The notes under the pieces were generated by a model. The model was not told where the DNA came from and did no database searches. It saw nothing but the letters and a program-made list of their open reading frames with translations. A DNA stretch of 59,758 nt, counting the filler, from Sluysia triapertura (Eukaryota), in NCBI GenBank assembly GCA_046118255.1. It is 5 parts of 5 records of this genome, joined end to end, with 100 filler letters (N's around TTAATTAATTAA, not from the genome) between each part and the next. Parts side by side here need not be neighbours in the genome. Positions count along the whole stretch, not along the records: positions 11,912 to 24,376 come from JBJNIA010106206.1; positions 24,477 to 35,712 come from JBJNIA010187013.1; 3 more parts are not named here. The stretch is one strand, 5' to 3'. The position numbers and the translations under genes are program-made. This document shows positions 13,630 through 28,240 of the stretch, piece after piece (position 1 is the stretch's first letter; every line of letters begins with the position of its first letter).

Positions 13630-13950
13630 ATTTATTCTACAAGTGATATCTATATTCTATATGTTAAATTTACCTTATCTGGAAGTGTAAATTCGAATAC
13701 ACGTTCCAGTTATTAAGATAGAAGTGCTAAATAATTGATTAATTATTCAATTAAACTATTGTTTATATTCGACAATATTTCAATCAATTTCGTGCAGTTA
13801 GGCTGTTGCGATTTATTCAAATATGTAATTTTTAAGTTAAAATTTGATTTTCTAGTTAAATTTAATTTACATCTGTTAAAAATTTATCAATTTCACTAAA
13901 ATTCTAATTTTTGAATTTATATAATAATGAGAACTTTTAAATTCGTTAAT
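13630..13950 (+). repeat. ~300-bp segment shared with 19733-20020; putative element end
   Basis: ttattctacaa...ttaaatt(t/c)accttaYct(g/a)gaagtgt.aattcgaata...gaagtgct...caatttcgt...ttcact.aaattctaa in both. Confidence 0.75.
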
Positions 13951-13955
13951 AAAGC

Positions 13956-14582
13956 TCAAAGAGTAAAAAAAACACATAAAAATGTATTTGTATTAATGTT
14001 ATATTTTATAAATACAATGTTGCGTACGCCTTCTAACGAGATCCATATTTCACTATCTGAATAAAAATAAGATAATTCAATAACATCAAAGAAATGAAAA
14101 AAATTATTTACTTTTGGTTTATCTAAACATGAATTGTTATTTGAAGTATCTGGAACTGACGATCTGAGACTTCTGAGAATGTTTTGGATTCTGGAAAGAT
14201 GATAATCATAGTATAAGTTTTCAGCCTTGTTAGGTACTAATTGGTTGACCGTGTGGGTATATATGCAATCGATCCCATGCTTGATGCATATCCCATTTTT
14301 ATCGCTATTGAATTGGTAGAACACCTTTTTGATAAGTTCACTCGCATTTGGTGCGTTTATGCATTTCTCTGATCGCAACCAATCTTGGAACTTATCAAGA
14401 CTTTTGATATTTTCTCTGCTTTCTAATGTATCATAATTCCGTAAAGTAGCTTGATAATCGTTCGCATAGTTTGGTAGTGTAAATTCTACAGTATACTCGT
14501 TAATATCCGTCAGAACTGGGAATTGCATTTATATATTTGGAGAAAAATTGTCATCGTCATCGCTAATTATAATAGATTCCAT
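13956..14582 (-). pseudogene. Family-A ORF, best-preserved copy
   Basis: 190-aa ORF preceded in frame by MESIIISDDDDNFSPNI* (ATG at 14582). Core FYQFNSDKNGICIKHGIDCIYTHTVNQL...SRIQNILRSL aligns without gaps to the 29.6-kb copy. Confidence 0.75.
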
Positions 14583-15072
14583 ATTCATTGATATCTTCAT
14601 CGACATTAAGAACTTCGAACGAATTGATAGAGGTGTTGTTCACATCTAATTCAACTAATTTTAGCACATTTGAATTAAACCTCATATTTACTAAAGGTGA
14701 TATTGTATTTAACTCGAAATGTAGATCTTTGATCGACTTAAACATTACGTGAATTATTTCAATCATTTCAAGATCTCTTAGAAATAAAAAGTGATTCAAA
14801 ATTTTCATATTATACTTTATTGATTGAATATAATGATTTAATGTTGATTCATGGATAAAGTGTAGAAACCAAATCCTAATGTAACTGATATTTGTAACGG
14901 GATTGCGAACATCGAGCTGGTATTCAACACAGTCTTTCGCACTTATCTCTTTTATAGCTATCCAAAACTCATGATAAAAATTGCACTTTGGTATATTAAA
15001 TTTTACGATCTTAATAGATGTACATGTGAGTTGCTGATGAAGGAGTATTGCTTCTATGGTAGGAGTTTCCAT
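14563..15072 (-). CDS. 169-aa intronless ORF: either an upstream gene or the frameshifted N-terminal half of the family-A copy
   Basis: ATG-initiated and stop-free; overlaps the start of the next frame by 20 nt. No family recognised. Confidence 0.55.
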   Translation of the reverse strand: METPTIEAILLHQQLTCTSIKIVKFNIPKCNFYHEFWIAIKEISAKDCVEYQLDVRNPVTNISYIRIWFLHFIHESTLNHYIQSIKYNMKILNHFLFLRDLEMIEIIHVMFKSIKDLHFELNTISPLVNMRFNSNVLKLVELDVNNTSINSFEVLNVDEDINEYGIYYN

Positions 15073-15544
15073 TCAATGATCGTGATTAAAATAAACATAT
15101 CTAATAATTTCATTGCTATCAGTATCTATCATCGTTTCATATTGATAGAGGTTAGAATCATGATGACTTAAAATATTTTCTAATTTTAATCCTTCAATTT
15201 CTAAACTTTTGATTTTCTGATTTAACTCTGACATTATTGAAGAGATGGAAAAATGAAATTTATAAAGATTAATTGGTTTGAATCACGTATTGTTTCGAAA
15301 TGATATAAATAACCCGAGCAATAATTGCGTAAAATCAATTTTGATACAATGCAGAAGAATTTATGAAAAGTCAATTAAAATAGAGCATTATCAAACGTTT
15401 TTTAAAATTCTTTATTTTTGTTTCCAATAATCCTTTACGTTTTTAAAATTCTAAATTTTTGTTGTTTTTGTTATTCGTACTCACATAAAATAAATATTGT
15501 GCCAACAAAATTTTTTGATTCTGCATACTTTGTCTGGATTCGTT

Positions 15545-15688
15545 GTCCAATATAAAAAATAATGATGAGGTTCTCTCTGGTTGGACAGCCAGTAATAACG
15601 TTACAATAAAATAATTGACAGGTAAACCACTATCAATGGTGATGATAATTTGTACATGGTTACTAATGGTATCACTATTCATAGTGGT
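15545..15688 (-). promoter_or_regulatory. Double inverted-repeat element upstream of family-A locus
   Basis: accactatcaat (15626-37) / attcatagtggt (15677-88), and gtccaa (15545) / ctctggttggac (15575-86). Homologous to 28605-28761. Confidence 0.65.
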
Positions 15689-15758
15689 AATAACTGTTTG
15701 AACATAATTAATAAAGATTTTAAATAATTAAAGAATAAAATGATAATAATAATAACAA

Positions 15759-15816
<58 letters not shown>

Positions 15817-17469
15817 GTTATAATATATAAATTCCTTTCGAAAATTTACATGAGCTTGCTTTTCGATCTTTTAGATTTCTCGACATATTTAAAGATTAAA
15901 ATGATGAAATTAAGAATGATAATAATAATATAAAACGTTGGTAAAGAAAAAGTGCACAAATTCTTTATGAAGATTAACACGATCTTGCTTTTGAATCTTT
16001 ATTATTTCTTAACATATTTAAATTTTTAAAATATATTAACCTTAAAGAATTGTGAATTTGTGATGTTACAGCTTCCTGTGATAAGGTAATACATAAAACG
16101 TTTTAATATAATTTTACACTGTTTACTAGTTTTACGTGAATTTTTAAATACTCTTTAATGTTTCTTACTGAGGATGTATTTGAGTGTAGAAGATTATGAC
16201 TTAAGTACTTTGGAATAGTATAAATATTAAAAGTGGATGATAAATGTGCATTGATGTTTTGAAAGAAAGTAATGTTTAGCTGTTAGGATTTAAATGACAA
16301 CATATCATGAATTTAGAATGTTCGAATTAATTTGAAGGTGTCTGGTAATTAATTTCGAATGTTGTTGTAATTGGATTGTTATAAAATGACGAATACAATA
16401 TTTTTGATGAATTTTCTAATGTAAATTGATGGTATTGAATGTCACTGTGGTTTGTATGTTATAAGATTTAAAATGTTTTGAAAATGAGAGTTGATTTTGG
16501 TGGATCTGCAAAGACATAAGATATGGAAACGGTTTTGACGAATTCGACATGGTTATTGTGTGGTGTTGAAAAGGATAAGATTTTAGTTGTGTTTGTATTG
16601 AATCATGAATTTTAAAAAATGTTATTTGTAGGTTTTGAGGGTGAGTGTTATATTGAAACATGTGATTTTGATTATATTGACATAGCATTATGTTAAAAAA
16701 TGTTTCTAATGAATTTTTTTAATGTATATTGTATATTTTGAAAGTGAATGCGGTTTTGATATGTTTAAAAGAAAATCTTTAATGAAATTTGTTAAAATTA
16801 ATAGGTTGGTCACCACATAGGCTTTAAGGTATCTTATTCTTTGTTAAACTTTATTATCCACTAGAAAGGTAATAAGTAAAATAAGGTAAGTCTATTATTA
16901 TTTTATTAAAAGAAATCAAATAATATACTTATTATAATATGCTTTAGTTATATTCTAATATAATTAGAGTAATTATGTTATAACAAATAAAAATAAAAAT
17001 TTTTATTAACTTTTACATTATTCGAATATATAAAGCAATTCTTACTTTATTTGTAGAGTTAATTAATATTGATTTGGTATTTAATCGGTTGATCACGATT
17101 GCTTTATTGATGCTCTAAGTATACTCTCCAATATGTTTCTCTTCTTTTTTATTTATTACGACTTGATGTATGTACTATTTTACTTCCAAATGATTAAGCA
17201 AATTAATATATATTATTTACGAGTTGTCGTTAGCAAAAATTGATATTATACAATTAAATTATGACAATAAATTCCAAAATGATTAAAAAATTACATTATA
17301 TATTGTATAGTTGTTAGCAACAATTACAATTATTCAATAATAAATAATTACATACGAGTTACAATTACAAATTGTTTTTATATCCAAATAATTATACATA
17401 ATATATTATGAGTTATTTGATTATATTGTATTATGATTATTCTTTGATATATAAGATTATTTCTAAAAT

Positions 17470-17945
17470 TGTGATGCTAAATTTCGATTTTATATTATTT
17501 TTATTTACTGCAAATTTAAAATTACTCGATTACAATGGTTTTAAAATTTCATTACGTGCAACTTTTGTTTATTCTATCAAATCTTTAATATAAGTTAGTT
17601 TTATCGAGAATAATGTTATTATTTTTAATTACATATTAATTATATTCAATCTCAATTTAATATAATTTTAACTTACTTGGTATTCTAAATCATGTTTTTA
17701 AGATAATTCAAATCGGATGTTATGCTATTAAATTTTGATTTCACATCACTGTTATTGATTCTAAATTTAAAATGATTTGTTAACTACAATAATAAGGTTT
17801 GAAGTTTATAAATTTTAATTTTAGAATGATTATTTACACAATTTCATTTTAAAATTGATTGTTATTTGTTACAAAATTTTTAATTTATATTAATTCCATG
17901 TAATATGAATTTTAAATTAATATAAAAACATAATCTCAGTGATAA
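17470..17945 (+). repeat. ~480-bp dispersed repeat; second copy at ~20490-20985
   Basis: Shared collinear blocks tattctatcaaatctttaat, aatttaatataattt, tctaaatcatgtttt, gtttataaattttaatt. Confidence 0.8.
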
Positions 17946-19984
17946 TGATTTTAATTATTTTAAATTAAAAATGATTAAAAATTTGAAAATTGAAAGTTAA
18001 ATTGTGAAAGTTTAAAGTTAAAATAAACATTATATTACATGAATTTAAAAAATACTTGGCTACTGTGTGTAGTTCATAATGTATTAATATGATTTTTAAC
18101 TAAAAAAATTATAAAATGTATAATTACAAATGTATAAATCCAAATTTAAATTAATATGATTACATAAATAATCATAACTAAATAAACCATAAAATAACAA
18201 TAATGATAAAGAATCGATTATATATTTTAATGTTTTAAAAACATACTTACGCTTTCGTGCCCGGATGTGTAATTAATGAGGTAAACCATTATTTGTTCTT
18301 TAATGTGTTTAGAATAGATTGAATATTAGTATTGTAATGATAAAAACAAAATTAGCTTTATAGAAATTTAAATGTTTACTTGAATGTTTATATTTATATA
18401 TTTTAAACACCAAAGTCTTTATATCTATTTAAGTTTTCTTTAAATTTATGATACATCTGAATATACTGAAAGATTAATTTATGCAGAATTGTAAAACTTG
18501 AACTAAACATTGTACATTTTTATGCACTAAACGGAAAATATAATAAGGCTTTATGAAAATTTAATTTCAAGCAATAAAAATAAGCTGAAAGTAAACTATA
18601 ATTAATTAAAACAATTTATTTTATTCAAATACAATTCAATAAAAATAATTATTTCTTCGTTTTTATTTGAAATTAAAATGTAAATACAATTATTAAATAA
18701 AATGTTTTATAAAAATAAGGGTTAGATAAATTTTAAGTATACAAATTTTGAATACAAATAACAAAAATTTATATTTATTCTGGTATATGAATTCTTTTAC
18801 TGACACTTAATGAAAATTTGAGATTGGCATCACAACCTTGTGACATTAATAATATAGCCTTCCTGTGATAGTATATTGCATTTCATCTAGCAAATCTATA
18901 AGCTAAAATAATACATTCGACGGTAAACATTCTCATAAAATTAGTATTAAATGTGTTAAAACGATAGGAATTGGAGAAGGCCTTGCATTACATCATATTT
19001 GCAGCCGAGTACTGTGTAACGGAATCCATTAAGTTTCTTTATTTTGCTTTAGAGTTAAGTAAGAAAACTCATGAGCAGAAATAAATATAAATATCGACTA
19101 AAATAGTAAATAACTAAAATAGTAAATTTTTATTTTACAAAATAAATTTTATAATCAATATTTTTAATTGATTAAAACTTAAAAACTGTAAAATAATATG
19201 TGATATATTGTATGTATCTTATTTCTTTATTGCTTGTTGTTTTTTAAAAAGTGTATTTTATATGAACATGGAAAAAATATTATTAATACTTATTATAGTT
19301 TTGCAGAAAAAAATACAATTTTCAATTACTTTAAAATCAAGCCAAATCTTGATACAATAACCTAAGATTGACAAAATAACACAGCATGGTACGAAAAATC
19401 GTTTAGAAAATGCTTCAAAATATGTAAACAATTTAAAGTATTGTATCTGATTTCAAATTTTTTTTAATTTTGACCCAATTTTAGAACAAGTCAAAATTGT
19501 ATTTTAAAAAATTAAAAAAATGTTTGATGGTTCTTTATAAAATTTGACTGTGTACATTTTATAAATTTTATATATGCTTGTAATTAACTCGCCGCTTCTA
19601 CTAATAATCTTAATTTTATAAATTCTTATCCTTAATAATATTCTAAACTCTGTATTATTAATAATATCCTCACTTTGTATTAAGTTTAACTGAAGGTACA
19701 ATCTTTTGTCAAAATAAATCTTTCCTATTGTCTTATTCTACAAATATTATTTTACTTTATATTAAATTCACCTTACCTAGAAGTGTGAATTCGAATATTC
19801 GTTTCGATGGACTGAAATGGAAGTGCTTAGATGTTTCACTTCTTTATTTAATTGAATCTTTTCGCTTTTTTTGAATTTTAACTCAATTTCGTAAGCTCTA
19901 ATTTCTAACTCTTTACTATATATGTAGAACTATATAAAAATTAAATATTAAAAATTTATTCACTGAAATTCTAAATTAAAACCA

Positions 19985-20210
19985 ATAAAAAAGAAATTCT
20001 TTACCTTCAAATCGATTAACATATTAAATTTAATGCAATATTTTAATTTTCTATTGTTTATAACAGTAAATAATACCAAGGTCATAATTCCTTCTAACAA
20101 CAAAAGAAAAAATTAATGGTTAGAATCGGGTTCAATATTTTTTCTCCAATTAACAATATATTTTACTGATTTTGGTTGACTCTCGCTCAATATATATCCA
20201 GATAATAGTA
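19985..20210 (-). pseudogene. Probable C-terminal fragment of a family-A ORF
   Basis: ILLSGY...IVNWRKNIE and KYCIKFNMLIDLKV resemble IELSYF...EIWISLE and FLCVFFTL*ALLTNLKV. It is followed by the same downstream segment as the 14-kb copy. Confidence 0.45.
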
Positions 20211-21578
20211 TCTTTTATTATTTTTTTTGTGTTTTTTGTTTTGTATTTATACCAATCAGTTATATTATTTTCGGTAATTTAATTACAATTATACATAAAT
20301 GAATAATTCATTAACAATTTTGAATACAATAGCTTTTTAATATAAATAAATAAACATGATCAGTTTTTCATATAATCATTGGTTAATTAAAATTAATAAC
20401 AGTTTACAGTCTAATAAAGTACAAACCAATAAATCAAACACAAACTAAAAAGTATATAATTTTCGGTTAATAATAAGATTTGATTTCGAATTCTTAAATT
20501 TTTATTTCATATTACTGTTTTTAATTTATAATTTAAAATGATTTTATTCGATTATAATGCTTTTAAATTTTGATTACATGTAATTTAGTCTATTCTATCA
20601 AATCTTTAATTTAAGTTAATTTTGACTGATAATGATGTTATTTATTTTTAATTATATAATAATTCCATTCAATCCAAATTTAATATAATTTGTCTTATAA
20701 TACTCTAAATCATGTTTTAATCATGATTTTTATGCTCTTAAAATTTGATTTCTTATTGGTATTATTAATTCTTTTTTGGTATAATTTCTTAATTATAATA
20801 TTAAAGTTTTTAATGTTTATAAATTTTAATTTCGTATTTTCGTTATTGAATCTCATTTTAGAAAGATTATTTATACAATTTCAATTTAAATTTGATTACT
20901 ATTTGTTACTAAATTTTGGATGTATATTAAGTATATGTAATCTCATTTTAAAGTGATACTAAAGCATTATAATCTTAGTCATTTTTGAGTATTATTATTT
21001 TAACAAATATTTTAAGAAGAATGATTATTATTATTTTATTAAAAATGAGTTTATTTTTAAAATGAACATTATGTATTTAAAAAATCTAAATAGTAAAACT
21101 GAGTATTATAAATTTTTTAAAATACTATATTAAGTTAATTTAAAACATGATAAAATTGTTTATGTCACTTTCTAAAATCGTATAGTATTTTTGATTTTTT
21201 AATTTTTCAATAAGAAGATAAATATATAATATTAAATAATATCTTAAATAATTATGCAGTTTCCAATAAAAATCAATATAAATTAAGATGTTCAAAAGTA
21301 AATAAAATATGCAAAAGTTAAATATAAACAGAATTTACAGTGACGCGAAGCTAATTTATTTGCTATAATTTTATTTTCTATATTTTCTAATTTATTTTCT
21401 ATAATTAGTTAAAAATTTGTTGTTTAAACAATTAAATGAAATTTCAGTCTAGAATTTCTATTTTTATACTGTCCAGTACCACTCGACGTATTTCACTGAC
21501 ATTTATTAGTGTCATTTATTCAAATTGATTTATTTAGTTCTAAAATTAACATGGATCTGGCTAGCAGAACTCGAATAA

Positions 21579-21630
<52 letters not shown>

Positions 21631-21994
21631 TATTAAAATCACTTAAAATAAATCATTTATTATAATATTTCTTTCAGTTATTTAACATTTTATCATTATA
21701 CGTTGAAAATAAACCTATTCAAAAAAGTTTTATCAAAATTCTATTCTATTTTATTCATTTCTATATGTCATTGTTTTGCTAATTAGTTTTAAATTTCCAA
21801 AACATGATATTCCTAGAAAACGTGGAAATTGCATTAAATAATTAATTATCATAGAAAATGTGCGATTTTTATTTTGAAGAAAAAATTAATTGAATAAAAC
21901 CTACACCTTAACAATTGCATCAGTATTTCATACTTATGACTAAAAGATTTTTCTGGCGTGAACAAAAGAATAAGAATAAAAAACATCAATTTTT

Positions 21995-22120
21995 ATGATA
22001 AGATTTAGTAAGGATGATACCACTCATAGTTATATGGATCTTGACTACAATCATCATACATCAACTAAATCTGAAACTGTTTACTGTGGATCAAAAGATA
22101 GGCGTTTTGGAAGCAATGTG
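21995..22120 (+). CDS. Candidate isolated exon (MIRFSKDDTTHSYMDLDY...RFGSNV)
   Basis: 42 open codons of coding-like composition ending at |gtaagg. No homology recognised. Confidence 0.25.
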
Positions 22121-24279
22121 GTAAGGAAAAAGAATCCAACAATTTTGTGTTAAACGTTACTAATACATATTGTTAATTATATATAACCTAGAATAAAACA
22201 ATGATTTTATAACTTTAAACTCTTTAGTGGTTCTCAATAAATCCTTGACTCTAAGTACTCCAATAGACACTCTTCTACGTAAATAAATAGTGAAAAAGGC
22301 TTCATACTCTTCATACTTTTTCTGACATTGAAATTTAAATTTCCATTTGTAAGATAAAGTAATCAAAAGTTAGAAATAATTAAGAGTGTTTATAGCCAAA
22401 AATGCTTTTAAAACGTCTTAATATCCATTCATTAAAATTTCTATTAACCTAAACTTTTAAGAAAATTTTAAAGTAGCAACTTTTTTACATTTGAAGAGTT
22501 TATAATAGCACTATAATTAAACAGGTTGTATTTAAAATCGTTATGCAAAACCCCAAGTGTCATCACAATTATATAACCCTTCTGACACTTTAAATACAAC
22601 ATAAAAACTACAGTAACTAATATTATTTATAACTCAAACATAAACACTGGCAACATTTTTTGTGGACATATTTATTTGTTCAAAAATTAATTCAATGCAA
22701 TGTGTACCATTGAATGAGTTGGTTATTAAAACAATGTCTTTCGTTTTCGCATTTCCTTTGTTCTCCTCGCGATTTTAATAATTGGAATTCAAATTTTCAT
22801 CATAAACTGTTTAATTTAGATCTAAAACGAGAAGTTTCATTCTTCTCATCAACATAACCATATCTGTTTCACTCAATTTAATTTTAAAAATTTTTACAAA
22901 AAATGACGCATGAAAATATATTTATGGAATTTATTGTTGCGGTATAATCCATACAAAATGCACGAATACTTGAACATTATGATTATAATTTTTATAACAG
23001 TACTAAGAAAAATCGCACATAAAAGAACTGGATTCTTTATTTGGTCTGCTTTTTTCTTTGGAATATTTTTTAACAATTCTTCAGAAACACTTTGGATATA
23101 AATATTTAGCAAGAAAAAACGTAGTCTTACAACTAATAATCATGTGTGTTTAACAGCATTCCTAGTATTTTCTAATTCGTTGTTTTAAAATATGCTAGAT
23201 TCTCTAACAACCCTCTAAAATTATTAAATATCAGAAAAGAAATCATTTAAAATTGTTAATTTCCATAAAATAAAATTATTTTCGAAAGAAGAAAATACTA
23301 TTTAAAAAAAAGGAAATCGAAAATTCTAGAACATTCTGGAATTTTCTATCAACAAGTATATATACTAGTATCAATCTAATATCACGACGTAATTTAATTT
23401 ATTATTAGAAAATTCACTATTGACTCTCTACCAATTATCATCTTTATTATAAAGATTGACGCTATATTGCAGTTTATTTATTTTTTCAATTTCACAATTT
23501 AATTCATAGTTAGCAAAAAAAATTAGTAAAGCAATTCAGTAGTTTCCAGCTTGAATTCAATGAAATTATCAATTGGTGTTCAATCTTAAAAATATTCCAT
23601 TAATTTGTATAGTAAGTTATTTTTTATAAGGTTGTTTCGATTTTACCTATCGAAGTATTAAAATCACAGTTAAACTATTTTATTTCTACCAATTTGTAGT
23701 GAGAGGAAAATTTTTAATTTAAAATTAAATACCTAAAACGGCTTTAATTACAAATTAGCTATTTTTATTTTTTATCTAATTTTTATAATGAATTTTGAAA
23801 GTGTCTTAGGGTTGTTAAATCTTTTCAGAATTTTAATCATTCTGTAAAGTATATAAGATTAAGGTAAATTGAAAATAAAATTAAGGATTGAATTAATTGA
23901 AATCATACATTTAAATATAAGACACTTTACAGTCGTCAAAGTGAACAGAAAGAATAGAAATCGAAAGATAAATTTTACGTTAAGATTTGCCAATTTATAA
24001 TTAAGGGAATACTCACTCTACCTCACAAGTCATTTACTGTAACCGGATCCCGCTCAATTTTTATTTTGTTTTAGGTTAAGTATGAAGAAAACCAGTCTAT
24101 AATTGCAGAATTTATTTTGATTTTAAAATTTATTTTTAAATAAAATCGCGACAGAAAAAAATCTTTAAAAATCTTAAAATCTTAAAAAACAATGTACCTT
24201 TGCGGCAAAATAAAATTAACTAAAGAATATTTTACAATAAACATTGGCAAATATAACAACACAAATTAATATCTTTGAT

Positions 24280-24318
<39 letters not shown>

Positions 24319-24891
24319 TATTATTATTATTATTATTATTATGAAAATCTTTAACAAGAATAATAATTTATAATATNNNNNNNNNNNNNNNNNNNNNNNN
24401 NNNNNNNNNNNNNNNNNNNNTTAATTAATTAANNNNNNNNNNNNNNNNNNNNNNNNNNNNNNNNNNNNNNNNNNNNACAGATTTTACAAAGAAAAATATT
24501 TTTTATTTTATCAATTTGATGAATGTATTTTTAAATTTATCATATTAAAATAAACAAATATCAAATAAATTATTTGCAAAATGACATAAATTTTCCGGGT
24601 GGCACAATTTAATAAATTAGATTAAATAATCTCTGATTAAATTATATTTGAATAGAACATTTCATTTAATAGCAAAAGAATGTTTTTATGATTATTATTA
24701 GAATATCTTACAGTAAAATATAAAATATAAAAAATGTTGGCAAATTAGCAAGAAAATAAAAATTCTCAAAGAAGCTCTATTGTAGTATGCTATAATTATA
24801 AATGTATAAAAGTTTGTCAACACTTTATAACAATCTATTCTTTTCTAAATTTGTAATTTTCTAAACATTAAAAAATTATTTCATGTTAAAA

Positions 24892-24971
24892 GGACTGATC
24901 GGGATACGAGCTCGGGACCTCTCGTTTCACATCTGTGCAGTTCGATGCTCTGATCACTGAGCTATCAGCCC
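24892..24971 (-). pseudogene. Degenerate tRNA-like sequence inside a repeat
   Basis: gggctgatagctcagtgatcagagc...aggtccc...tcagtcc. Acceptor and D stems are present; B-box and anticodon arm have decayed. Confidence 0.75.
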
Positions 24972-25568
24972 TTTCTAACAATTTTATTTTATTGTTGTTA
25001 ATTATACTATCATTATTCTGGATGGCACTTTATGCCTTTACCTCAACACTTGCATAATATGCACCACGATTATCATCCAAAAAATGAGAAGAAATGAGTA
25101 TTATTTTTCTGAGATTATGTAATGTATTAGAAACCATATATAGCATTCAGAAATTATGTCCAATGCAGTAGAATGATATATTAATGTTGATGTTTTGAAT
25201 GAATAGGAATTAAACCGAATGGACTGTTTTGAACTTGAAAAGATATTGCTTTTGTGACTTAAAAAATTCTAAAAAGGACTCTTATCATTGTGAACTAACA
25301 AAATTAACGTTCTTATTTTTGGTATACCAAAAACTTTTGTTTATGTCTAATTGAAAACCATGCGAGAATTTATTTTGGGTTACTTCGTTACGGTAAAAAC
25401 TTAATTTAATTTTCATAACGTCAGAAATGTTAAATTTTAATTTGAAGAGAAAATTTTTACTACCTACTTCATTATTATATAAGTAATACATTTTAGTGTA
25501 AGTTAGCTTCAAAATTCGGTTAAAATTTATTTCAATCTTAATGCTGCTTAGTGGAAGACTTAAATTTA

Positions 25569-25888
25569 TTACAGCCTAAAACTATTATTCGTTTCCATTT
25601 CAAATTCGACTTTAGCATTAATAGGAGTATGATCTAGTCTAATTATAACATCCTCATCCCAGCCAAAAACACCAGCGTAAAGTTGATATTGATTCAGAAA
25701 ATTTAATAAAGCTTCTGGATTGCCGTAAAAAGACTCCAGTAGAAGAACAAAGTATCTCATAGATTCAGTATTCATTTCTTTTTTCTTTCTAGTCTGTGGC
25801 ATAAAATGTTAATTCTGAAATTATAAACTTCTTTTTGTTTAAAAACAAATCTATATAATTATAATGAAACTTTACTGGGGGCACCACA
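25569..25888 (-). mobile_element. LTR-retrotransposon 5' remnant: candidate PBS plus gag N-terminus
   Basis: SFYGNPEALLNFLNQYQLYAGVFGWDED fits the F.G....L..FL..Y..YA...W pattern of Ty3/gypsy Gag. tggtgccccc lies ~80 nt upstream. Confidence 0.55.
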
Positions 25889-26499
25889 ATTCATGTTGTG
25901 TTTTTATATCTTTTTAATATTCTATAAATTATAAAAGCTATTGAATGGGTCTCAATCTCAATATATGACAATTATATCACAATATATCACAATTAAAATA
26001 AAATAATGATTAAGTCAATATAACACAAACTTTTAAGACAATTAATAATCTCTCAGGGATTACACAACACAAATAAATGTTAGTACCCAGAATAAAATAA
26101 ATAAATAATAAAAGCTCAAATAAGTTGGCTCTTTTAATAAAATTTAGTTCGATTTTTTAAAGAATTTTAAGATTCAATCAGTGTTTGCCACTACTGTATT
26201 TAATCACCCTTCTTACACCAATATTTTCTTTTATTCTTTGTGTGAATGATAGAAAAATGTGGTTATTTATGTAGTGTTTGGATAATTGCTAGAAAGTCGA
26301 GAATTCAACTTGATTATTGTGAATGTCGACAATACATGCTTACTTCTTATTCCATTCTTAAGTTTTATGCCAACCAATTTTTTAATCAAATATGAACATA
26401 AATTTACTTCGATTTTCCGACTTAATAGTATCTAGCAATTATCCAAAGATAATGAGTTTATAGCAAACAAACTCTTATCTTTCGAAAATAATAAAATAA

Positions 26500-26735
26500 A
26501 AATTTAACATCATAATATAACAATAGATTTACTTAGATTGAATAAAAATCTAATCAAATATAAAACTAATTTTCAATGATAATAACGAAATACGTTAACA
26601 GTACGTCTCACGTCAATATCAATAACATATTTCGAATGATCTCTTAATGAGCATTAATTTGATTATACTTTTACTATGTATGCTCATTATAATAAATAGA
26701 AATTTAACTTCGTATTAAGGAAAATTAATTAAAAA
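26500..26735 (+). repeat. Dispersed repeat; second copy at ~47850-48065
   Basis: acgttaac.gta.gtc.ca.gtcaat...tatgtatgctcattat...atagaaatttaactt...gaaaattaattaaaa in both. Confidence 0.8.
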
Positions 26736-27427
26736 TAATGAATAACTCTTAATATACTCTTAATAGTTACAAACTGAATATAAATTCTCAATTATAAATC
26801 CAGAGGTGATACAAAACGCAAAATTTAGTAGAACAGATATAACATAAACGTGGATCATCTAACCGCAACAATAATACTTCGGTTCGTATATGTTATTTTC
26901 TCATACACAGACGTCTTACATAAAGCTATTAATTCGAACCATTTTTTAATTTGATTAATGAATAAATGTACTTTTATAATTGTTTTAAAACCGTAAAGAG
27001 AGTTTTCTTTTAATTTAAGCACTTTACAAATATATCCCATTAACAAACATGAAACATCATGGTGTTAGGATTATTTTATAGGTGTTTATAAGTTTATTAA
27101 GTTTATAACGTGGCTTTGACTTAGCTCTTTTTACCTATATTATTTTTTAACACTTGTATTAACTTCTGGAGGTTATTGTTCACTCGTCTCTGGTGTAAGA
27201 AATGGAAGTGCAGTTTGTTTGATTAACGTTAGAATTCAAGTTCTTCTCCTTAAAATCAAATAATATAAACTAAACTCACTAAAAGTTTAATTATCAAATA
27301 TAAGTATTTATCAAATACAAAGTCTACAAAAATAGTTCGAATAATATTCACAATGTAAAATGTACCACATGTAGTTATATTTTGAGTGCTTACAAACTTC
27401 TTTTAAAATTAAATTTAAATGTAACAC

Positions 27428-27700
27428 TTAAGATATTTTAAATGTTATTCTGACTTGAACGATATCTTCAATGAATAGCCTTTTCTTCTTCGACAAATAT
27501 TCTCCAAATAATAATTACAAATGGAACCAAATAACTTCTCCTTCTTCAAATAATAATTGCAAATTGAATGAAACCCATCTATTTATACTTGATTCCTTCC
27601 ATAATAATGATATTTTTCAATTTTTATAATACAGTAATATATAGTGTAATTACTTTTTTAATATTATTTCATTTACACCATAGTCTGATTTCATATACAC
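27428..27700 (-). pseudogene. Family-B degenerate ORF fragment
   Basis: KISLLWKESSINRWVSF...EYLSKKKRLFIEDIVQVRITF resembles KSTLLRRESSLGKPVRF...FYINYRHKAYDLIVDYRYLF at 49.1 kb. Confidence 0.45.
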
Positions 27701-28081
27701 TCTAGTTTGTTATTATTCTACATTATATGTTATTATTTTTCTCTCTTAATTTTAATTACTATTGTTTTAGTCACTTATTGTTTATTATTATGTTATTACT
27801 TTTTGACTTAATTTTTAATTTGTATAATATTTTTCTATAAATATAATTTTTTAATAATAATTTTATACAGATTTTAATAGATAATTTTATAAGTAAACTT
27901 TAATATTAACAAACAATAATTTAACGACTAAACTTTAATATTACCAAATAATCTTTATAATGGTACTTTATTTTAATAATACTCGTTTTATTCTCATATT
28001 ATAAGCTCTAACACACATGGCTATTCACACTTTTGACTGAACCCAACACACACATACACAATTCATGATTTACAAAGACTA

Positions 28082-28240
28082 TCAAAAAGTTAATTTGGAA
28101 TCACATTTAAATTTCGACGTTTATAACCACAATAATGACTTTTTGTCTTCGTGGAAATCAATAATATCATCGAGAATACTCATTTTGACTTCTACTGTGT
28201 AATCTTTCATCCATTCTAGAAACAGTATCTGATTTATTAA
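28082..28240 (-). pseudogene. Family-B degenerate ORF fragment
   Basis: MKDYTVEVKMSILDDIIDFHEDKKSLLWL*TS shares DY.V...IL and K.SLLW...S with the adjacent fragment. Confidence 0.35.

Noticed and set aside
15443-15682. 79-aa ORF
   Set aside because: It overlaps the double IR, and the 28.7-kb homologue does not keep the frame.
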